Source: an uncultured bacterium
GTDB lineage: Bacteria > Hydrothermota > UBA3072
NCBI GenBank assembly: GCA_964476585.1
Contig: CAYZBF010000002.1
Location: 2,354 to 66,353 of the forward strand
DNA length: 64,000 nucleotides
Direction: 5' to 3'
Positions 55,880-64,000 of the stretch are shown piece after piece. Position 1 is the first letter of the stretch. Every line of letters starts with the position of its first letter. A model generated the notes under the pieces. It searched no databases and was not told where the DNA came from. It worked only from the letters and a program-made list of their open reading frames with translations. The position numbers were made by a program, and so were the translations under genes.

Positions 55880-56671
55880 TTGAAAGTTCTATTTATCGGA
55901 GATGTTATAGGTAAACCTGGTATGAGACTGCTTTCTAAGTTGATTCCCAAATTCAAAAAAGATACTGAGTACGATCTAATCTGCATCAATGGAGAAAATT
56001 CAGCTGGGGGATTCGGTATAACAAAGAACGGCGCATTAAAATTAAAAAAGTACGGCTGCGATGTGATTACTACTGGTAATCACATAATAGACAGAGAAGA
56101 TGAGCTCGCGGAGGTATTTTGCCTACCGAATGTGATCCGACCATTAAATTACGAATCATCATTCCCCGGTAAGGGCTGGACAGTTTTTGAGAAAAATGGT
56201 ACAAAATGTGTAATTGTTAACCTTCAGGGAACGGTCTTTATGCCCGAGAAGCCAAAAGCAATTTCTCCATTCATCGTAATAAAGAAACACCTTAATAAAA
56301 TTCGTGAAATTGCACCCATAATCATTGTAGATTTGCATGCGGAAGCCACGGCTGAGAAAATTGCTATGAGACATTTTTTAAATGGAAAGGTTTCAGCTCT
56401 CATAGGCACCCACACTCATGTCCAAACGGCGGACGAGATCATCACAGAAAAAGGAACTGCCTATATTACTGACATAGGTATGACAGGACCCTTCGATTCC
56501 GTAATAGGAATGCAAAAGGACCCGATTATAAGAAAATTCCTTGGAAATAAGGATGAACAATTCAAGCTTGCAAAGGGGGATGTAAGAATGAATGCGGTTG
56601 CAATTGAAATTGACAATGAAAATGGTAAGGCCTACTCAATAAGGAGAATTCAAATTGCAGAAGATACTTAA
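55880..56671 (+). CDS. ymdB: YmdB-family metallophosphoesterase (2',3'-cyclic-nucleotide phosphodiesterase)
   Basis: MKVLFIGDVIGKPG N-terminus and GNHIID motifs. Synteny after rny matches B. subtilis. Confidence 0.8.
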   Translation: MKVLFIGDVIGKPGMRLLSKLIPKFKKDTEYDLICINGENSAGGFGITKNGALKLKKYGCDVITTGNHIIDREDELAEVFCLPNVIRPLNYESSFPGKGWTVFEKNGTKCVIVNLQGTVFMPEKPKAISPFIVIKKHLNKIREIAPIIIVDLHAEATAEKIAMRHFLNGKVSALIGTHTHVQTADEIITEKGTAYITDIGMTGPFDSVIGMQKDPIIRKFLGNKDEQFKLAKGDVRMNAVAIEIDNENGKAYSIRRIQIAEDT

Positions 56672-57473
56672 TGGAAAAGTTGTTGCAAATAAAATAATCA
56701 ATAAGATAAAAGGACTCACTCCTAAACGCAGCCTAGGAATAATAAAGGTGGGCTCTAATCCAAGAAGTTCTTCTTACCTTAGGGGAGTCAGAAAGACAGC
56801 CGAAAAAGCAGAAGTGACATTGAAATTAACTGAGTTACAGGAAGATGCCTCAGAGGAAGAAGTCATAGAATCAGTGAGAAAAATGAGCGAATCCAGAGAG
56901 GTAAACGGAATCCTTTTAATGGAACCGTTCCCGAAAGAAATTTCCGTAGAGAAATTAATAGAAATCGTTGGTCCTGGGTTGGATGTAGAGGGAATCCATC
57001 CTTACAATATAGGAAAGTTGCTGTTAAGTGAATCTGAAATAATGCCCTCTACCCCAGGAGCAGTGCTTGAATTGATGGACTTCTATGGAATAAAGCCAAA
57101 GGGGATGCACACAGTAATTCTTGGCAGAAGTCAGGTGGTTGGCAAACCCCTTGCCAATCTACTTCTTAGAAAGGGACGATTGGGCAATGCTACTGTAACT
57201 GTATGTCACTCAAAGACAAAAAATCTCAAGAGTTTGACAAAAACCGCAGATATACTTATAGTAGCAATAGGGAAGGCAGAGTTTGTGGATGTCAAATTTG
57301 TCCGTGAGGGAGCAATCGTAATTGATGTAGGCATAAATATGAAAAACAACCGCCTAGTAGGTGATGTTGACTTTGAATCTGTCAAAGAGAAAGCCCTTGC
57401 AATAACACCTGTGCCTGGTGGGATTGGTAGTATCACTACTGCAGTTCTTCTCTCCAATTTATACAAACTATGA
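56655..57473 (+). CDS. folD: bifunctional methylene-THF dehydrogenase/methenyl-THF cyclohydrolase
   Basis: VILGRSQVVGKPLANLLL Rossmann region; PVPGGIGSITTA C-terminal motif. Confidence 0.85.
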   Translation: MQKILNGKVVANKIINKIKGLTPKRSLGIIKVGSNPRSSSYLRGVRKTAEKAEVTLKLTELQEDASEEEVIESVRKMSESREVNGILLMEPFPKEISVEKLIEIVGPGLDVEGIHPYNIGKLLLSESEIMPSTPGAVLELMDFYGIKPKGMHTVILGRSQVVGKPLANLLLRKGRLGNATVTVCHSKTKNLKSLTKTADILIVAIGKAEFVDVKFVREGAIVIDVGINMKNNRLVGDVDFESVKEKALAITPVPGGIGSITTAVLLSNLYKL

Positions 57474-58771
57474 TAATCTATTCAGTATCAGAGATAACAC
57501 AAAAGCTAAAGAAACAGATCAGTTCCATTGGATGGGTTTGGGTGAAGGGAGAGGTAAGTAATCTCACATATCACTCTTCAGGGCATATATATTTTTCCTT
57601 AAAAGACGAAGAATCAGTCCTCAAAGCGGTAATCTTCCAATGGGCAGCAGAGTATCTTGAATATAAACTGATTGAAGGTCGTGTATTTCAAATATACGGT
57701 AAGATTGACATATGGCAAAGAGGTAGTCAATACCAGATTATAGCAGAACAAGTAATACCAGGTGAAATCGGAACATTTTATCTTCGGTTTCAAGAGATAA
57801 AAGAGAGATTAGAAAAAGAAGGACTTTTTGATAAAAAATACAAAAGGGAACTTCCAAAATTCCCTGAAAAGATAGGAATTATAACTTCTACAGAGGGAGC
57901 CGCAATTCATGATGTCTTAAAAATAATTAAGAAGCGCTCCCCCTATACCACCGTAATAGTTAGACCTACCCTTGTGCAGGGTGATGGAGCAGCTTTCGAT
58001 ATAGTATCTGCGACAAGAGAACTCAATGAATATAAAGATGTGGATTTGATAATTCTGACAAGAGGCGGCGGCTCCATTGAGGATCTCTGGGTATTTAATG
58101 AAGTAGAAGTCGCCTATGCGATTTTTGACTCAACGATACCAATAATCTCCGCGGTAGGTCATGAGAATGACTTTTCTATATCAGATTTTGTTGCAGACAA
58201 AAGAGCTGCAACTCCAACAGAAGCTGCAGAAATTGCAGTTCCATCAAGGGACCAGTTAATGGATAACATCAACCATATTTCCTTGGGTCTCAAGAGACTG
58301 ATCTCAAATAAGATGAATATGTATATCACAAAGTTAGAATCCCTTTCGAAAAGCTATGCTATCAGGAGGCCTCTTTCATTAGTTGAAATGAAACAGCAAA
58401 ACCTTGATTATCTTCAGGATTTACTTATTCAATATGGAAAGACAACCGTGCAATCTTTAAACGATAAATTGAAAAGCCTCACTCCGAGACTGCCAGAACT
58501 ATCAACTTTAATGATAGAGATTTATAACTTAGAGGGCGGACTTAAAAATTCAATCAGTCAATTGATAAAGGATAAAAAACAGGAAATTAGAAGCCTGGGA
58601 AGCATTCTACAGGCTACATCTTCGGAAAGAATCCTCGGAAGGGGTTACTCAATTGTTAAAAAAGGTGAAAAAATAATAAGAGATTCAAGTATACTTAAAA
58701 GAGGAGACTCACTCCACATTCAATTCTATACGGGAACTAGTTCTGCAAAAGTAGAGGAAACAAAGCCGTGA
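57470..58771 (+). CDS. xseA: exodeoxyribonuclease VII large subunit
   Basis: N-terminal OB-fold YSVSEITQKLKKQIS...VWVKGEVSN; folD-xseA synteny. No xseB of at least 60 aa follows. Confidence 0.85.
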   Translation: MIIYSVSEITQKLKKQISSIGWVWVKGEVSNLTYHSSGHIYFSLKDEESVLKAVIFQWAAEYLEYKLIEGRVFQIYGKIDIWQRGSQYQIIAEQVIPGEIGTFYLRFQEIKERLEKEGLFDKKYKRELPKFPEKIGIITSTEGAAIHDVLKIIKKRSPYTTVIVRPTLVQGDGAAFDIVSATRELNEYKDVDLIILTRGGGSIEDLWVFNEVEVAYAIFDSTIPIISAVGHENDFSISDFVADKRAATPTEAAEIAVPSRDQLMDNINHISLGLKRLISNKMNMYITKLESLSKSYAIRRPLSLVEMKQQNLDYLQDLLIQYGKTTVQSLNDKLKSLTPRLPELSTLMIEIYNLEGGLKNSISQLIKDKKQEIRSLGSILQATSSERILGRGYSIVKKGEKIIRDSSILKRGDSLHIQFYTGTSSAKVEETKP

Positions 58772-58896
58772 TACTCTGTTGTCACAGAGGAATTGGTTAA
58801 ATAGTTAAGTAGTCAAATAGTTAAATAAAACAACTGACAGTTATTTAAAACAATTCAACTATTCAACAATTTAACTACTAAACTTTATGCATTCTC

Positions 58897-59325
58897 TCAT
58901 TCACATCTTTTAATTAAATTAAGTGTCGTATCTTTATCCATTTCACGTATTAGTTTCCCCTCAAGAGGGAATATAAATATCTCAGCAGTTACCGAAACTG
59001 TTCCCTTGAATAGATGGCCACCGATTAGATTGTAATCTACTCCACCAAGGGCAACATGAGGATGGAATATTAAACTTTTGTCTTTAACGGAAATGTTTCC
59101 GCTTAAATTTACCAGCTCATATGAATTATCAAGTTTTTTCTTCTTATATTCCTTTTTAAGAATGTCAAAATACCCAAGTGTTACTTTGAAAATCGCACCT
59201 ATACCATTTACAAAAGCCGCCTTAATCCCATTTTCATTACAGAAATCGATAACTGATTCTACTACCTCTTCTCCTCTATCGAGTATAAGGATATGAACAT
59301 CGTCTTTCTTAAAAGTAATCACCAA
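58897..59325 (-). CDS. PPC/DUF296-domain protein
   Basis: LVNLSGNIS...HPHVALGG...GGHL pattern of PF03479. Confidence 0.55.
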   Translation of the reverse strand: MVITFKKDDVHILILDRGEEVVESVIDFCNENGIKAAFVNGIGAIFKVTLGYFDILKKEYKKKKLDNSYELVNLSGNISVKDKSLIFHPHVALGGVDYNLIGGHLFKGTVSVTAEIFIFPLEGKLIREMDKDTTLNLIKRCE

Positions 59326-59593
59326 ACCTCCTTTTTGATAACCCTATCTGAACCATCCCAGTTGTCAAGGGGCAAACACAGTGAATGTGTAAATGAGTAG
59401 ATGAGTGGAATGGTATATGGGTGGATGAGATAAACGACCGGGGACGGAAGACGGAGGCATAGTTAATTTGTTAATTGGTAAATTGTTGATTAGTTATGCC
59501 CTCAAATCTTCCCTAATTAACTATTTGACTATTTTACTAATTAACTTTGCGTTAGAAAAAAATAAGATTATTTACAAGATTTACAGTTTGGGG

Positions 59594-59622
59594 TTGACAT
59601 AAAAAAAGTTCTTTGTAAATTA
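59594..59622 (+). promoter_or_regulatory. candidate sigma-70 promoter of grpE-dnaK-dnaJ
   Basis: TTGACA, then a 16-17-nt spacer, then TAAATT/AAATTA. SD GGAGG and the second ATG (59640) are probably the true grpE start. Confidence 0.3.
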
Positions 59623-59627
59623 AAATA

Positions 59628-60230
59628 ATGGAGGAAGGGATGAACAAAAATAATAAAATAAATGAAAACAAGGCCAAAACTCCTGAAGAAGATGTAGAAA
59701 AAGAGAAGCCCATCACAGAGAGAGAAAAACTTGAAGATCCCTTAGGGAAACTTAAAGAAGAACGCGATGAGTTAATGGATAAATACCTTCGTGCTTTGGC
59801 AAGTTATGAAAACTTAAGAAAAAGGACTCAGCAGGAAAAAGAGAATATATATAAATTTGGCATAGAGGGGGTCATTCGTGAAATTCTTCCAGTTGTAGAT
59901 GACTTTGGCAGAGCATTCAACTCGCTAAAAAAAGAAAATGATGAGAATAAACAGGACGGGTTCATAAAAGGTACCCGTATCATCTATTCAAAACTGCTGA
60001 ATATTCTAAAAAACTACTACGTTGAACCTTTTGATTCCAAGGGAGAAAAATTTGATCCTTCAAGACACGAAGCGGTTCATGTAGTAGAGAGTGATGAGGA
60101 GGAAGGGATAATAATAGAAGAGGTAGAAAAAGGATATTTGATAAAAGATAAAGTTCTTCGCCCAGCAAGGGTCATCGTTACAAAGGAAAAAGAAGAAATT
60201 AAAGAATATAAAGAGAAAAAGAAGAAATAA
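59628..60230 (+). CDS. grpE: nucleotide exchange factor GrpE
   Basis: GrpE C-terminal beta-domain motifs (FDPSRHEAV, VLRPARVIV). Likely start at 59640. Confidence 0.85.
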   Translation: MEEGMNKNNKINENKAKTPEEDVEKEKPITEREKLEDPLGKLKEERDELMDKYLRALASYENLRKRTQQEKENIYKFGIEGVIREILPVVDDFGRAFNSLKKENDENKQDGFIKGTRIIYSKLLNILKNYYVEPFDSKGEKFDPSRHEAVHVVESDEEEGIIIEEVEKGYLIKDKVLRPARVIVTKEKEEIKEYKEKKKK

Positions 60231-60272
60231 ATCAAGAAAATTAATGACAATTACAATAGGAGGTAGGGAAGA

Positions 60273-62219
60273 ATGAAAGAACCAGTAATAGGGATTGACC
60301 TTGGAACAACTAATTCGGTTGTCGCTACAGTAGAACAATCCGAACCTGACGTAATTACAAATACCGAAGGAGAGAGAACCACTCCATCCGTAGTTGCATT
60401 TAAGGGTAAAGAAAAATTAGTAGGGCTGCAGGCAAAAAGGCAACAATTGACCAATCCACAGAAAACAGTCTATTCCGTAAAACGTTTTATGGGAAGAAGA
60501 TTCAATGAAGTAGCAAATGAAATAGAAGAGGTTCCATTCGAGGTTATTGCAGGGCCTCACAAGGATGCGAGACTAAAAATTGGCGATCAAGTGTATTCTC
60601 CCCCTGAAATTTCTGCCTTGATTTTACAGTATCTTAAAAAAGCTGCGGAAGCTCATTTAGGAAAGAAGGTAAAGAAGGCTGTAATCACAGTTCCTGCTTA
60701 TTTCAATGATTCCCAGCGAAAAGCAACAAAGGATGCGGGTGAGATTGCTGGACTTGAAGTCTTAAGAATAATTAACGAACCAACAGCTGCATCACTAGCA
60801 TATGGTCTTGGTAAAGACAAAAATGAAAAAGTAGCAGTATTTGACCTTGGTGGAGGAACCTTTGATATATCTATTCTCGAAATTAGTGAAGGTGTATTTG
60901 AGGTCCTATCCACAAATGGTAACACACATCTGGGTGGTGACGATTTTGACCACCTGATAATGAAGTGGTTAATTGGTGAATTCAAAAAGGAAACAGGCAT
61001 TGACCTCTCTGGGGACAGAAACGCTGTTCAGAGGGTAAGGGATGCAGCCGAAAAGGCAAAATGTGAACTTTCTTCAATGAAAGAGACGACTATCAATCTT
61101 CCATATATAACAGCTGATGAATCCGGGGCAAAGCATCTGGAAAAGAATTTCACCAGAGCTAAACTTGAATCCCTGACAAAAGAATTACTGGACAAGATTG
61201 ATGAACCAGTAAAACGGGCATTCGAAGATGCTAAATTAACTCCAATTGATATTGATGAGGTAATCCTTGTTGGTGGTATGACAAGAATGCCAGCGGTGCA
61301 GGAGAAAGTTAAGGGCCTATTCAAGAAGGAACCACACAAGGGCATTAATCCAGATGAAGTGGTGGCAATCGGAGCAGCTATCCAGGGAGCAGTCTTAGTA
61401 GGTGATGTTAAAGATGTTCTGTTACTTGATGTAACACCCCTTTCCCTCGGAATCGAAACCCTTGGTGGCAGGATGACTACAATTATAGATAGAAATACTA
61501 CAATACCCACCCAGAAGGGTAAGATATTTACAACTGCAGATGATAATCAACCAGCCGTTTCCATCCACGTACTCCAGGGCGAAAGACCAATGGCTCTTGA
61601 TAACAGGACCCTTGGAAATTTTGAGTTAGCAGGAATTCCACCTTCTCCTCGAGGCGTTCCACAGATAGAAGTAAGATTTGATATAGATGCTGATGGTATA
61701 CTCCATGTCTCTGCTAAGGATCTTGGTACAAATAAAGAACAATCAATAAGGATTGAATCCTCCAGCGGACTCACAGAACAGGAGATAGAGAAAATGAAAA
61801 AAGACGCCGAAATTCATATAGAGGAGGATAAAAAGAAAGAAGAACTCATCGACACAAAAAACCAGGCAGATACACTTATATATTCGACGGAAAAAGTATT
61901 AGAAGAGCAAGGAGATAGTGTCTCTAAGGATGAAAAGGAAAATATTGAGAAAGCAATAAATGAACTTAAAGAAGCAATGAAAGGTGACGACATAATGACA
62001 ATCAGGCACAAAATTGAGATTTTACAAAAGGCCTCTCACGCGGTAACAGAAAAATTGTACAAAAAAGCAGCAGAGCAGGCACAAACTCAAGCTACAGAAA
62101 AAGAAAGCTCAACAGAAAAAGAAAAAAAGGAAACCGCAAAAGAAGAGGAGGAAGAGGTAGAGGCAGATTACGAAGTAATTGACGAAGAAGAAAAGGAGAA
62201 GGAAGACGAAGAAAGTTAG
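60273..62219 (+). CDS. dnaK: molecular chaperone DnaK (Hsp70)
   Basis: [18 protein letters not shown] and other Hsp70 signatures; acidic C-terminal tail. Confidence 0.95.
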   Translation: MKEPVIGIDLGTTNSVVATVEQSEPDVITNTEGERTTPSVVAFKGKEKLVGLQAKRQQLTNPQKTVYSVKRFMGRRFNEVANEIEEVPFEVIAGPHKDARLKIGDQVYSPPEISALILQYLKKAAEAHLGKKVKKAVITVPAYFNDSQRKATKDAGEIAGLEVLRIINEPTAASLAYGLGKDKNEKVAVFDLGGGTFDISILEISEGVFEVLSTNGNTHLGGDDFDHLIMKWLIGEFKKETGIDLSGDRNAVQRVRDAAEKAKCELSSMKETTINLPYITADESGAKHLEKNFTRAKLESLTKELLDKIDEPVKRAFEDAKLTPIDIDEVILVGGMTRMPAVQEKVKGLFKKEPHKGINPDEVVAIGAAIQGAVLVGDVKDVLLLDVTPLSLGIETLGGRMTTIIDRNTTIPTQKGKIFTTADDNQPAVSIHVLQGERPMALDNRTLGNFELAGIPPSPRGVPQIEVRFDIDADGILHVSAKDLGTNKEQSIRIESSSGLTEQEIEKMKKDAEIHIEEDKKKEELIDTKNQADTLIYSTEKVLEEQGDSVSKDEKENIEKAINELKEAMKGDDIMTIRHKIEILQKASHAVTEKLYKKAAEQAQTQATEKESSTEKEKKETAKEEEEEVEADYEVIDEEEKEKEDEES

Positions 62220-62228
62220 TTCTAACAA

Positions 62229-63347
62229 ATGATGGCAACAGACAGGGATTACTATGAAATTCTGGGAGTCTCCCGAGAGGCAACCCAAGAAGAAATTAAA
62301 AAATCATATAGACGATTAGCCAGGAAACATCATCCTGACGTTAGCAAGGAAAACAAAAAGGAAGCAGAGAAAAAATTCAAAGAAGTATCCGAAGCATATG
62401 AAGTCTTAATGGACCCCGAAAAAAGGGCACGATATGATCGATTCGGAAAAGAGGGAGTTCAATTTGAAGGTGAACATTTTACATGGGGAGATTTTACTCA
62501 TCAAGCAGATATTGAAGATATATTCAGAGACTTCTTTGGAGATTTTGGAGAAAGTGATTTCCTCAGCAGAATATTTGGAGGAGTAAGTAGAAGAGAAGCA
62601 CGAACTTATAGCCACAGAGGGGAGAATCTCCGTGTAAGACTTAATCTCACTCTCAAGGAAGCAGCAGAAGGAGTCACTAAAAAGATAAAAGTCCGCTTAT
62701 TGGAAAAGTGTGATCATTGCCAAGGGAAAGGCGGGAAAACTACTACCTGCCCCAGTTGTAATGGAAGAGGTGAGGTTAAGAGTGTCAGATCAAGCCTCTT
62801 TGGTCAATTTGTTTCTGTTTCAACCTGTCCCACATGTAGAGGAACAGGAAAAATTGTAAAAGAAGCCTGTCCCTTCTGCCATGGTGAAGGGCGAATTAGA
62901 ACAGAGAAACAAATGTCGGTCCAGATTCCTGCAGGAGTAGATACAGGTAATTATATAACTATACGAGGAGAAGGAAATGTAGGGAGAAGGGGTGGAGTAA
63001 AAGGAGACATTATCGTTGAGATAAGGATCAAGGAAGACAGTCGTTTCAGACGAGAAGGAAACAACCTCATAATCAGGGCTCCGATAAGTTATAAAACTGC
63101 GATAGAAGGCGGAAAGATAAAAATCCCAAGCTTGGACGGCAGATTAAAACTTACAATACCCCCTGGAACGAAATCAGGAAGGATTTTTTTACTTAAGGGA
63201 AAAGGAATGGGTAGTCTATACGGCGGAAGGAGGGGAGATATATTAGTGGAAACATATATATGGACACCCGATAAGGTGTCAAAAAGGGCAAGGCAGTTAC
63301 TGAAAGAACTTGATGATGAATTTGGATCTCCACCAGAGATAAAATAA
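62229..63347 (+). CDS. dnaJ: molecular chaperone DnaJ
   Basis: J-domain HPD motif; four CxxCxGxG zinc-finger repeats. Confidence 0.9.
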   Translation: MMATDRDYYEILGVSREATQEEIKKSYRRLARKHHPDVSKENKKEAEKKFKEVSEAYEVLMDPEKRARYDRFGKEGVQFEGEHFTWGDFTHQADIEDIFRDFFGDFGESDFLSRIFGGVSRREARTYSHRGENLRVRLNLTLKEAAEGVTKKIKVRLLEKCDHCQGKGGKTTTCPSCNGRGEVKSVRSSLFGQFVSVSTCPTCRGTGKIVKEACPFCHGEGRIRTEKQMSVQIPAGVDTGNYITIRGEGNVGRRGGVKGDIIVEIRIKEDSRFRREGNNLIIRAPISYKTAIEGGKIKIPSLDGRLKLTIPPGTKSGRIFLLKGKGMGSLYGGRRGDILVETYIWTPDKVSKRARQLLKELDDEFGSPPEIK

Positions 63348-63375
63348 ATCTAATAATTCTTCACTCCTAATCATT

Positions 63376-64000
63376 TTACTCGATCATCCGGATAAACTCT
63401 TCTTCGTTAATTGTTTTTATCATTAATTTCTTAGCCTTATCAAATTTAGAACCTGGATTCTTACCTACTACAACAAAATTTGTTTTTTTGCTTACGGAAC
63501 CTGTTACCCTCCCCCCCAAACTCTCGATCATCTCTTTTATCTCTTCCCTGGTAAATCTGTCTAAAACGCCTGTTAACACAAAGCGCTTTCTTTTAAATGG
63601 AAGAGGCTTCTTTTGCCCCTGTTTCTGCTCCATTCTGACACCTGCTTTTCCTAATTTTTTAATAACATCGAGATTCCTTTTACTTCTGAAGAAAGCCATA
63701 ATAGAAGATACCGTCTTTTCTCCTACGCCCTCTATAAAAAGTAATTCCTCTCTGCTTGCAATCCTCAATGTATCAATGGATCTAAAATTGTACGATAATA
63801 ATTTTGCATTATAGGTACCTACAAGGGGTATTCCAAGAGCGTAAATCAAACGATCTAACGAACGTTCCTTACTTTTCTCTATTGCAGAAAGTAAATTCAG
63901 AGCTGATTTTTCACCCATTCTAGGAAGACGAGCGACTTCGGTTTTCTTCAATAAATATAGATCTGCATAATCGGATAGAAGTTTTTTTGAAACCAATTGG
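63376..64000 (-). CDS. ligA: NAD-dependent DNA ligase, C-terminal part (HhH plus BRCT); continues beyond the window end
   Basis: HhH motifs (GIPLVGTYNAKLL, IEGVGEKTVSSI) and BRCT (FVLTGVLDRFTREEIKEMIESLGGRVTGSVSKKTNFVVVG). The frame is open to the window edge. Confidence 0.8.
   Translation of the reverse strand, partial: QLVSKKLLSDYADLYLLKKTEVARLPRMGEKSALNLLSAIEKSKERSLDRLIYALGIPLVGTYNAKLLSYNFRSIDTLRIASREELLFIEGVGEKTVSSIMAFFRSKRNLDVIKKLGKAGVRMEQKQGQKKPLPFKRKRFVLTGVLDRFTREEIKEMIESLGGRVTGSVSKKTNFVVVGKNPGSKFDKAKKLMIKTINEEEFIRMIE

Noticed and set aside
59326-59640. CIRCE/HrcA or HAIR/HspR operator upstream of grpE-dnaK-dnaJ
   Set aside because: No TTAGCACTC-N9-GAGTGCTAA or CTTGAGT-N7-ACTCAAG-like inverted repeat is present. 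Only a generic sigma-70-like promoter and an unrelated hairpin were found.
1-64000. CRISPR arrays, transposases, integrases, phage genes, toxin-antitoxin pairs
   Set aside because: No regularly spaced direct repeats and no recognisable transposase/integrase/recombinase motifs were found in any frame. The window looks like core chromosome.

Overview
This is an AT-rich (~38% GC) bacterial chromosomal window, densely coded on both strands and probably from an uncultivated diderm lineage. Outer-membrane-type genes are present (TonB-dependent receptor fragment, OmpA/MotB-like protein, class A PBP, LpxL/HtrB-like acyltransferase, TonB_C domain, T9SS-type C-terminal sorting domain). Gene order is nevertheless Firmicutes-like (rny-ymdB, pheS-pheT-zapA, folD-xseA, grpE-dnaK-dnaJ without hrcA or CIRCE). 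Housekeeping content, all recognised from protein motifs: dut, aspartate aminotransferase, M16 peptidase, ftsY, tyrS, thrS, infC, rpmI, rplT, pheST, RNase Y, FolD, XseA, GrpE/DnaK/DnaJ, the 3-prime part of ligA, two tRNAs (Met-CAT and Val-GAC), an ECF sigma/anti-sigma/YbjQ operon, one MCP with an orphan periplasmic binding protein, and MscS. No CRISPR array, transposase or integrase was seen. The most unusual content is a single overlapping plus-strand operon (24607-35013). It starts with a family-5 solute-binding domain fused to a TonB C-terminal domain, continues with pyrR-pyrB-pyrC, and ends in three signalling or nucleotide-handling genes. These are an 838-aa protein whose C-terminal half carries class-III nucleotidyl-cyclase-like motifs, a GAF-GAF-GGDEF (GGDEY) protein, and a uridine-kinase-family P-loop kinase with a long N-terminal extension. 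Pyrimidine biosynthesis physically coupled to a cyclase-like plus diguanylate-cyclase-like module looks like an undescribed nucleotide second-messenger system. A second candidate system is a four-gene minus-strand cluster (14977-16643) of small proteins sharing a SHOCT-like helix motif. It contains DUF4097/LiaG-like beta-rich domains, a 2-TM membrane protein and a Zn-ribbon/HTH (DUF2089-like) protein, i.e. a Lia/Psp-like envelope-stress module with no two-component system. Other notable points: a tandem, motif-degenerate aminotransferase paralog; a 91-nt palindrome that fills a convergent intergenic gap exactly; ~20-nt inverted repeats bracketing the ECF sigma operon; a ComFB-family gene heading a nitrilase/aminotransferase/YchF-like operon; a C25 (gingipain-like) peptidase with a T9SS-type C-terminal domain; and a probable non-AUG (ATA) start for infC.
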